Source of the DNA: Anaerolineales bacterium
GTDB lineage: Bacteria > Chloroflexota > Anaerolineae > Anaerolineales > UBA4823
Direction: 5' to 3'
Assembly: GCA_040326075.1 (NCBI GenBank)
Contig: JBEQLH010000001.1
Coordinates: forward strand, 9,708 to 42,060
DNA length: 32,353 nt
Position 1 is the stretch's first letter; the number at the start of each line of letters is the position of its first letter. This document shows, piece after piece, positions 26,020-32,353 of this stretch. The notes under the pieces were generated by a model. The model worked only from the letters and a program-made list of their open reading frames with translations. It did not search any database and was not told the DNA's origin. Made by a program: the position numbers and the translations under genes.

Positions 26020-26275
26020 CAAAAACTCTCGCCCGTCTGGGGCGAGAGTATGTTTCACGCGGTTCCACCCAGATTAGACCTGAGGCCTATCTCTGTACGA
26101 CCTGTAACGGGGTCATCCGTTTCCCTTACTGAGTGCAGTACACTTTTAGGGGTTATGCTCGCGGGTGGTATTCACTGGTGGATTTCCTGAGATGGCTCTC
26201 AATCTTCGACCACCTCTCCCTGTTGGACTTGTTACCAGTTACTCGTCCCGGTCTTTGCTTTTTATTACTCAGATT
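26020..26275 (-). promoter_or_regulatory. T-box riboswitch leader, Thr-specific (specifier ACC), with terminator
   Basis: All read on the minus strand. T-box sequence TCTGGGTGGAACCGCGTG at about 26073-26056. Specifier loop GAGTAAC on the 5' side and GTGAA-T-ACC-A-CCCG on the 3' side (ACC at 26169-26167), closed by CGGG/CCCG. Terminator ACTCTCGCCC-cagac-GGGCGAGAGT-TTTTT at 26049-26020. Confidence 0.8.
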
Positions 26276-26281
26276 TATCGA

Positions 26282-26309
26282 ATTATACCATTTTAGGTAA
26301 ATTTTTCAA
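26282..26309 (-). promoter_or_regulatory. sigma70-like promoter of the thrS leader
   Basis: On the minus strand: TTGAAA (26309-26304), a 16-nt spacer, then TATAAT (26287-26282) preceded by TGG (extended -10). Confidence 0.45.
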
Positions 26310-26322
26310 GTTTCTCAAGCAA

Positions 26323-26940
26323 TTACTTGGGACACTTTAGTTTCAAAACACCGTTATGGTAAGCAGAAAATTCCTTGACATCGTACTTGCCGCAGGCGTA
26401 ATACTGTACTTCATAATCACCTTTTGCGATAGTGTAATCCTTGGAAACCTCTTTATTTAGTGAGAATACATAAGTAGAGGGACCAGTGAGGATTGCCAGC
26501 ACTTTTGAATCAGCATCATTCTTAACGGTGACCTTTACGATCTTAATCGTATTTGTGATATTGACAACATGCGGAGAATTTGGCGATTGTCTCGAATTCG
26601 CACCACATACAGGCATAACCAACCTGGTGTGTTTAGTAAGGTCGATGATCGAAGAATCCTGTGCACCGCAATAGCTTACATCTTTGGCGTACTCCCCTCG
26701 CATCACGGTAAAGGTTTTTGATTCGCCAGGTTTAACCACCAGATAGTAAAAAGCTGGTCCATCTAACCATAAATATGCATAGCTTGTGGAGTAATTATCA
26801 ACCCTCAGGGCAATCATATCTGACTTTTCACTACTGGCACCAAAGTTGGTGGATTTTGGCAGCGGAACTGCTGCGGTCACCAAAAGCATTACCAACAGGT
26901 TGACCAGGATCAACACACGCAGTGACTTCTTTTTATCCAT
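26323..26940 (-). CDS. Secreted protein of unknown function built from two tandem ~70-aa Cys-containing domains
   Basis: Signal peptide MDKKKSLRVLILVNLLVMLLVTAAVP and SD AAGGAGG 9 nt upstream. Internal repeat LRVDNYSTSYAYLWLDGPAFYYLVVKPGESKTFTVMRGEYAKDVSYCG...C versus VTVKNDADSKVLAILTGPSTYVFSLNKEVSKDYTIAKGDYEVQYYACG...C. Confidence 0.6.
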   Translation of the reverse strand: MDKKKSLRVLILVNLLVMLLVTAAVPLPKSTNFGASSEKSDMIALRVDNYSTSYAYLWLDGPAFYYLVVKPGESKTFTVMRGEYAKDVSYCGAQDSSIIDLTKHTRLVMPVCGANSRQSPNSPHVVNITNTIKIVKVTVKNDADSKVLAILTGPSTYVFSLNKEVSKDYTIAKGDYEVQYYACGKYDVKEFSAYHNGVLKLKCPK

Positions 26941-26999
26941 TTTTCAATGCCTCCTTAAATTTTGGCACATTGAATACGCATCTGACATAATCTTGAACG

Positions 27000-27016
27000 C
27001 ACCAATTATATTGGTG
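27000..27016. repeat. 17-bp palindrome with perfect 7-bp arms, overlapping a TATAAT upstream of the 26323-26940 gene
   Basis: CACCAAT-TAT-ATTGGTG on the plus strand. The minus strand reads CACCAATATAATTGGTG and contains TATAAT. Confidence 0.6.
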
Positions 27017-27096
27017 TGGTTAATTCTATCAGATATAAGTGATTATTCAAAATCCGCAAAGAGCAAATTTTGAAATAATCGATCTCGCTAACCACG

Positions 27097-27987
27097 TTAA
27101 TCCACTAATAGGTTCGTATTCGCCAGAGACTCAAGCACACCAATAACGGCAGAGTTATCCTGTTCTGCCAATCCCATCTCAAGCATAGAGTTGTATAGCT
27201 GGTTGTGTACCGCGGCAGAAACAAGAGGTATGCCATACGCTCGGGCGGTATCAAGCACGATCCCAAGGTCTTTTGCCTGCATATATGCCTTAAATCCTGG
27301 GGAACGATTTCCAGCGAACAATCGTTCCGGTTTAACATCTAACGCCCAACACTGTGCTGCTCCACCCTGGATGGCCTGGACAACCTTTTGTGGATCAGCG
27401 CCAGCTTTTCGAGCGAAGATCAGCAGCTCTCCCATTGCTACCATCTGGGCAGCTACCATAATCTGGTTGGCTGCCTTGGCGATCTGGCCCGCACCAGTAT
27501 CCCCCACATGCGTGATCGTCTTCCCCATCGAATCCAATATGGGTCTAACCTGCTCTAAAGCTTGAATTGGTCCACCAACCATGATCGCCAATGTACCCTC
27601 CTGAGCTCCGATATCGCCTCCACTGACTGGCGCGTCCAGGCATAATACGCCTTTCTCCCCCATCCTTTCGGCGATATGGCGAGCTGTGGCGGGTTTGATC
27701 GTGGAATTGTCGACAAATATCAGCCCTTGATGAGCTCCTTCGATGATTCCACCAGTTCCGAGCGTCACCAGTTCCACATCGGGCGAATCGGGCAGATTTG
27801 TGAAAACAACATCCACCTGCTCTGCTACCTCAGCAGGTGATTTGGCTGTCTTGGCTCCCTCTGCCTTGAGCTCTTCGACCGCCTCACGACTGCGGTTGTG
27901 CACCACAAGTGGAAAACCAGCCTTCATGAGGTTGCGTGCCATGGATTTTCCCATCAAACCAAGTCCAATATAGCCAACTTTTAACAT
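27097..27987 (-). CDS. NAD(P)-dependent beta-hydroxyacid dehydrogenase (3-hydroxyisobutyrate / tartronate semialdehyde reductase family)
   Basis: N-terminal Rossmann motif VGYIGLGLMGKSMARNL, DAPVSGG, and the catalytic-region block GAGQIAKAANQ. Confidence 0.85.
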   Translation of the reverse strand: MLKVGYIGLGLMGKSMARNLMKAGFPLVVHNRSREAVEELKAEGAKTAKSPAEVAEQVDVVFTNLPDSPDVELVTLGTGGIIEGAHQGLIFVDNSTIKPATARHIAERMGEKGVLCLDAPVSGGDIGAQEGTLAIMVGGPIQALEQVRPILDSMGKTITHVGDTGAGQIAKAANQIMVAAQMVAMGELLIFARKAGADPQKVVQAIQGGAAQCWALDVKPERLFAGNRSPGFKAYMQAKDLGIVLDTARAYGIPLVSAAVHNQLYNSMLEMGLAEQDNSAVIGVLESLANTNLLVD

Positions 27988-28098
27988 ATTTATCTCCTGA
28001 GTTTTATTTAAAGACTATCAACCAATTATGAAATAGCAATTCTTGATCAGAAATAAGCCTGCAGGTGCTAACCGGACAAAGGATTGCACCTGGATAAA

Positions 28099-28127
28099 TT
28101 TACGTTTAGATTGGTTTATGCTAGAAT
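28099..28127 (+). promoter_or_regulatory. Candidate purA promoter
   Basis: TTTACG (28099-28104), a 17-nt spacer, then TAGAAT (28122-28127) preceded by TGC (extended -10). Confidence 0.4.
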
Positions 28128-28181
28128 GAATTTGCATTTTTCTATTGCGTGGTCTATTTTACATCAGAAACGGAGTACGGT

Positions 28182-29474
28182 ATGCCATTAGACATCGTCG
28201 TTGGCACACAATGGGGGGATGAAGGCAAAGGTCGATTCGTTGATCTGCTGGCAGCTCAGGCGGACTATGTCGCTCGGTTTAACGGTGGGGATAATGCTGG
28301 TCACACCGTTAGCGTCGGCCAGCAAATCTTCAAGCTTCATCTGGTTCCATCTGGAATAGTTCAGCCTCATACTATCGCAGTGATAGGCAACGGAGTTGTT
28401 GTCAATCCAGCTGTTCTCCTCAATGAAATCGAGACATTGATTGATGCTGGGATCCACATATCTCCAGAGCGCTTACGCCTTTCCCATGCCGCCCACATCA
28501 TCTCCCCTGCCCATCTGGCACTCGATCAAGCTCAGGAGACCGCTCGTGGAAAGACGAAGATCGGAACTACATTGCGAGGTATTGGACCTGCCTATACCAG
28601 CAAAGTATCCCGGCAGGGATTACGCCTGGTGGACATGCTCGATCTGGATAAATATAAACTTGCGGCACAGGCCCATGTGAAGGAAATAAACCAGCAATTA
28701 ACAGATTTGTATCAGGTAGAGCCACTCAACCCGCAGAATGTATCTGAAGAAATGTGCCACCTCGCCAACCAGATTTCTCCCTATATTGCAGATGTCTCCA
28801 CACTATTATCAAATGCATTAGACAGTGGTCGTCGGGTGCTGGCCGAAGGTGCCCAGGGTACTTTGCTTGACCTTGATCATGGAACATACCCATTTGTCAC
28901 CAGCTCAAATCCAACCGCAGGTGGGGCCATGACTGGGCTTGGCATCGGTGTCGGATTTGCGGAACGTGTGATTGGGGTAACAAAATCTTTTCAATCTCGC
29001 GTGGGTTCGGGTCCATTCCCAACAGAATTAGAAGGCAACCTGGCTCAACGCCTGCGTGGCACCGGTGAAAACCCATGGGATGAATTTGGTACAACCACTG
29101 GCCGCCCTCGGCGTGTTGGATGGCTCGATTTGGTGCTGTTGCGTTATGCAATCAGGGTAAATGGATTAACAGAACTTGCTCTCACCAAGCTCGATATCCT
29201 GACCGGATTCGATCAGATTTTCATTTGCACCGGGTACCGCTCTGGAGGACAACAAATTAACGAGCTGCCATTCGGTCCAAGCGAACTTTCTGGATATGAA
29301 CCAATCTATGAAGAGCTCGCTGGCTGGCAGATAGATATCCGCAATGCCCGGCGATGGGAAGATCTTCCACTAGCCGCACGTGCCTACATTCTCAAGATCG
29401 AGGAATTAAGCAGTGTGCCTGTGAGACTTGTGTCAGTTGGACCAGAACGAGATCAGGTCATCGAAATTACCTAA
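28182..29474 (+). CDS. purA: Adenylosuccinate synthetase
   Basis: Motifs QWGDEGKGRFVD, GGDNAGHTV, GTTLRGIGPAYTSK and TTGRPRRVGW. The start was moved to the ATG at 28182 (MPLDIVVGTQWGDEGKG). Confidence 0.95.
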   Translation: MPLDIVVGTQWGDEGKGRFVDLLAAQADYVARFNGGDNAGHTVSVGQQIFKLHLVPSGIVQPHTIAVIGNGVVVNPAVLLNEIETLIDAGIHISPERLRLSHAAHIISPAHLALDQAQETARGKTKIGTTLRGIGPAYTSKVSRQGLRLVDMLDLDKYKLAAQAHVKEINQQLTDLYQVEPLNPQNVSEEMCHLANQISPYIADVSTLLSNALDSGRRVLAEGAQGTLLDLDHGTYPFVTSSNPTAGGAMTGLGIGVGFAERVIGVTKSFQSRVGSGPFPTELEGNLAQRLRGTGENPWDEFGTTTGRPRRVGWLDLVLLRYAIRVNGLTELALTKLDILTGFDQIFICTGYRSGGQQINELPFGPSELSGYEPIYEELAGWQIDIRNARRWEDLPLAARAYILKIEELSSVPVRLVSVGPERDQVIEIT

Positions 29475-29508
29475 ATCATCGCACATCTTTTTGTATCTGG
29501 AGGACATA

Positions 29509-30522
29509 ATGCGTAAATGTGTCACACTGATCACTGGTGTCAGCGGGGAGGTTGGCTTAGCTCTGGTAAAAAACCTGGCAGAAATGGGTAATACTAATTT
29601 GCTAACTTTGGATGTTCGCCCCCTTCCTGAGGAGTATAGTGAATATTCAAGCCATATCCAGGGTGATATCCTGGACAAATCCTTACTGAACAGGTTGGTC
29701 AGCGAATATGAAATCGATACGATTTTTCATCTCGCAGCTCTCTTATCCACTCGTGGCGAATTTACGCCAGTTGCAGCCCATCAGGTGAACGTAGAAGGAA
29801 CGATGGGTTTGCTCCAACTGGCTGCTGAACAATCGGAATGGCGCGGAGAACCGGTCATGTTCATCTTTCCCAGCTCGATTGCAGCATATGGTATTCCCGA
29901 TCTGGAGACCAAATCACAATTTCCTCGTGTCCGCGAATGGGAATGGAACTACCCGATTACGATGTATGGTTGCAACAAGCTGTACTGTGAAATGTTAGGC
30001 ACATACTTCAGCAGGAATTACCGCCAGCTGGCCACAGAAAAACCGCAAATGCTCGATTTTCGCAGCATTCGATTCCCTGGTCTGATCAGCGCCTTCACTA
30101 TTCCCAGTGGCGGGACAAGCGATTACGGACCTGAGATGCTGCATGCTGCGGCAAAGGGTGAGCCGTATGCTGCTTTTGTCCGCCCGGACACTCAGATCCC
30201 ATTTATGGCCATGCCTGATGCTGTAACTGCCTTGCTGGATATTTCTCAAGCGCCGAAGAGCGCTCTAAGCCGCGCCGTTTACAATGTGACCAGCTTTAGC
30301 CTGACCGCAGACCAGATTCGTGATTTAGTCCTGAATGCATTTCCAGATGCCCGAATTGAATATGAGCCTGACCTCAAACGACAACAAATTGTTGACACCT
30401 GGCCAGCAGATCTTAATGACAACGACGCTCGACGTGATTGGGGTTGGAAACCCGATTATGATATTGATCGATCGTTCAATAAGTACCTGATCCCAAATAT
30501 TGTCAAACGCTATCAAAATTGA
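29509..30522 (+). CDS. NAD-dependent epimerase/dehydratase-family SDR, L-threonine 3-dehydrogenase-like
   Basis: Motifs ITGVSGEVG (Rossmann), YGCNK (YxxxK) and FRSIRFPGLIS, which resembles the short-chain TDH subfamily. The start was moved to the ATG at 29509, with GGAGGA 5 nt upstream. Subfamily assignment is tentative. Confidence 0.7.
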   Translation: MRKCVTLITGVSGEVGLALVKNLAEMGNTNLLTLDVRPLPEEYSEYSSHIQGDILDKSLLNRLVSEYEIDTIFHLAALLSTRGEFTPVAAHQVNVEGTMGLLQLAAEQSEWRGEPVMFIFPSSIAAYGIPDLETKSQFPRVREWEWNYPITMYGCNKLYCEMLGTYFSRNYRQLATEKPQMLDFRSIRFPGLISAFTIPSGGTSDYGPEMLHAAAKGEPYAAFVRPDTQIPFMAMPDAVTALLDISQAPKSALSRAVYNVTSFSLTADQIRDLVLNAFPDARIEYEPDLKRQQIVDTWPADLNDNDARRDWGWKPDYDIDRSFNKYLIPNIVKRYQN

Positions 30523-30560
30523 TCGATTCTCTATGAATAATTGATGAAGACTCAAATTTA

Positions 30561-31388
30561 ATGATTTCGACAAGAATTGATAATGTTATTGTGCGACATT
30601 TCAAGACACTCAATCGGCATTTGCGGTTTGTTCTCAAAGGTTTTTCCTTGGCAGCAATTATATTATCCGCGTGTACTCCAACAGAGACGTCTTTACCAAT
30701 CCAGGAAGACACACCCACGCCCTCCATATCACCAACTCTGACTGCCACTGTGGAATGGTTCCCGGCAACCTCTACACCCACACTTATGCCAACTCAAGCT
30801 GTTACGACAACACCCGATTTCCGGCCTTATTTAGGAGAGGTGTTGCTCAATGACGATTTCACTGACCCAAATTCCTGGATATTGGGTCAGACCTCATCTG
30901 GGAATATCGCTCTGGGTATAAATGAACTCACCATCGCCATTGCAGAACCAAAAGCTTATGATTTCACTGTCCGCCAGGAGCCAATTCTTGGAGATTTCTA
31001 TCTCGAAATTACCACCAGTCCTACTTTGTGCCGGGGAGAGGACCAATATGGCCTTCTGCTGCGCATGTCTTCTCCAGGAGATTTTTACCGTTATGCACTT
31101 TCCTGCGACGGGCGAGTCCGGTTGGACCGGATTGTTCATGGAACAGCATCCTCTCCGCAACCTTGGACAACCAGCGGTGCTGTTCCTCCCGGCGCACCCA
31201 TCACCTCTCGGCTAGGAGTCTGGCTGCTTGGAGATGAAATGCGCTTCTTTGTAAACGATCAGTACCAGTTCACCGTAAATGATCCCCTATTAACAAGCGG
31301 CAATCTGGGTTTCTTCGCCAGATCAGCGGGCGAAACTGCGGTGACAGTAAACTTTTCCGACCTGGTTGTCCGTCAGATAAATCAATAA
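30561..31388 (+). CDS. Exported lipoprotein with a Thr/Pro linker and a beta-rich C-terminal domain (possibly concanavalin/LamG-like), function unknown
   Basis: Lipobox ILSAC, a TPTETS...TPTPS...TSTPT linker, then a domain of about 180 aa ending VTVNFSDLVVRQI. The fold guess is weak. Confidence 0.5.
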   Translation: MISTRIDNVIVRHFKTLNRHLRFVLKGFSLAAIILSACTPTETSLPIQEDTPTPSISPTLTATVEWFPATSTPTLMPTQAVTTTPDFRPYLGEVLLNDDFTDPNSWILGQTSSGNIALGINELTIAIAEPKAYDFTVRQEPILGDFYLEITTSPTLCRGEDQYGLLLRMSSPGDFYRYALSCDGRVRLDRIVHGTASSPQPWTTSGAVPPGAPITSRLGVWLLGDEMRFFVNDQYQFTVNDPLLTSGNLGFFARSAGETAVTVNFSDLVVRQINQ

Positions 31389-31393
31389 CGCTT

Positions 31394-32227
31394 ATGGCAA
31401 AACGTCCCTTTGTAAATCGCTTAAATGATCTCGATCCAAAAACGTGGCTGAAGTTCCAGAAATCGTGGTTCATTCATGGCCCACCTCCTCGCTCAAAAGG
31501 AGTACTGCGCCATCCAGCCAAGTTTCCCGAAACATTAGCTCAATATTTCATCGAGTTTTTTACCAAGCGCGAGCAATTTGTCTTAGATCCGATGGTGGGT
31601 ACTGGAAGCACAATTGTTGCTGCTCTGCGTTCTGGTCGCCACAGCTATGGAATCGAGCTAAACCAATCTTATGCTGAGCTCGCCAACCAGATCGTGACTG
31701 AAGAAAAGGACTCGTTAGGTGAGTCCGCAAAAAATCTAAACTGTCAGGTAATCAATGGAAACGCCAGCCACATTTCAGATTTCGTAGCGGATTACCAGAT
31801 TCCTATGATTGATTACGTGCTCACCTCCCCACCGTATTGGGATATGCTGCATTCTAAAGGTGCCCAAACTCAGAAAAAACGCCGCAAAACTTCAGAACTG
31901 GATACCCTCTACTCAGATGATCCGGAAGACCTGGGTAATGTTCATGATTATGATGAGTTTCTGGAAAGATTAGTCATGGTATATAATGGACTTAAACCAT
32001 TTCTAAGGCAAAGAGCTTACCTGACGGTTATCGTCAAGAACATCAAGAAAGGTGGAAAAATTTATCCTCTGGCCTGGGATTTGGCTCGACAATTAGGACG
32101 TATTTACACCCTAAAAGACGAACGCATTTGGTGCCAGGATGACATTCGCTTGGCTCCTTACGGGTTAGGAAATGCATGGGTTAGCAACACCTTCCATCAT
32201 TACTGCCTTCAATTCCGAAATGAGTAA
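31394..32227 (+). CDS. N4/N6-type DNA methyltransferase (PF01555-like) with permuted motif order (I before IV, SPPY)
   Basis: HPAKFPETLAQYFIEFFT...VLDPMVGTGST (AdoMet motif I region) at residues 40-73. Catalytic motif IV TSPPYWDM at about 144-151. The C-terminus HHYCLQFRNE resembles the HE-x-I-x-x-F-x-K block that precedes HPAxFP in ordinary beta-class enzymes. Confidence 0.8.
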   Translation: MAKRPFVNRLNDLDPKTWLKFQKSWFIHGPPPRSKGVLRHPAKFPETLAQYFIEFFTKREQFVLDPMVGTGSTIVAALRSGRHSYGIELNQSYAELANQIVTEEKDSLGESAKNLNCQVINGNASHISDFVADYQIPMIDYVLTSPPYWDMLHSKGAQTQKKRRKTSELDTLYSDDPEDLGNVHDYDEFLERLVMVYNGLKPFLRQRAYLTVIVKNIKKGGKIYPLAWDLARQLGRIYTLKDERIWCQDDIRLAPYGLGNAWVSNTFHHYCLQFRNE

Positions 32228-32353
32228 CAATTTCTTCAAAGTACTTTATTATCTTTGGGATTTAGTGTACAATTGTTCTGGTTTATCGGTGAGTGCCCCT
32301 CTGGCTTTTCACGAGCGGTGTACGCTCGTAACTAATTATCATTCGCTCACTGT

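Noticed and set aside
32228-32353. The terminal 126 nt after the methyltransferase contain a 7-bp hairpin ACGAGCG-gtgta-CGCTCGT (32311-32329) and a TACAAT-like hexamer. This could be the start of an ncRNA or the leader of the next gene.
   Set aside because: There is no match to any RNA family I recognise (tmRNA, RNase P, SRP, 6S, riboswitch cores), and the element is truncated by the window edge.
1-32353. Scan for CRISPR arrays, tandem or dispersed repeats, IS elements, integrases, tRNA/rRNA genes, toxin-antitoxin pairs or defence islands.
   Set aside because: Inspection by eye found none. Intergenic spaces are short and accounted for by promoters, leaders and terminators. A computational repeat, tRNAscan or Infernal pass is still advisable.

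Overview
This window looks like ordinary core chromosome, about 30 protein genes on both strands. It probably comes from a Chloroflexota (Anaerolineae-like) bacterium. That placement is inference only, from T-box control of two aaRS genes, a YitJ-type Hcy-methyltransferase/MTHFR fusion, and many exported proteins with Pro/Thr-rich linkers. Recognisable housekeeping genes are ybeY (3' end), dgkA, an endonuclease IV-like gene, plsC-like, pheS, pheT, yitJ-like, the methylmalonyl-CoA mutase large subunit with its epimerase, uvrA, thrS-infC-rpmI-rplT, a TrmH-family RNA methyltransferase, a macro-domain protein, purA, a beta-hydroxyacid dehydrogenase and an SDR epimerase/threonine-dehydrogenase-like gene. 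By eye I found no rRNA, tRNA, CRISPR array, transposase or integrase. Features the ORF track misses are two T-box riboswitch leaders (Phe-UUC before pheS, Thr-ACC before thrS), each with an intrinsic terminator; a non-canonical AUU start for infC; several sigma70-like promoters; and a few operator-like palindromes. Several ORF-track starts were revised (pheS, mce, purA, uvrA, rpmI, infC, the M1 peptidase, the SDR gene and others). I do not see a convincing new multi-gene system such as a defence island. The best leads for unknown biology are: (i) a translationally coupled macro / TrmH / DUF711 / hydrolase operon; (ii) a DUF1786-like ASKHA protein coupled to the YitJ fusion; (iii) a circularly permuted SPPY DNA methyltransferase with no visible partner at the window edge; and (iv) an A+T-rich gene for a secreted protein made of two tandem Cys-containing domains. 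All family names come from motif recognition by eye and need HMM or BLAST confirmation.
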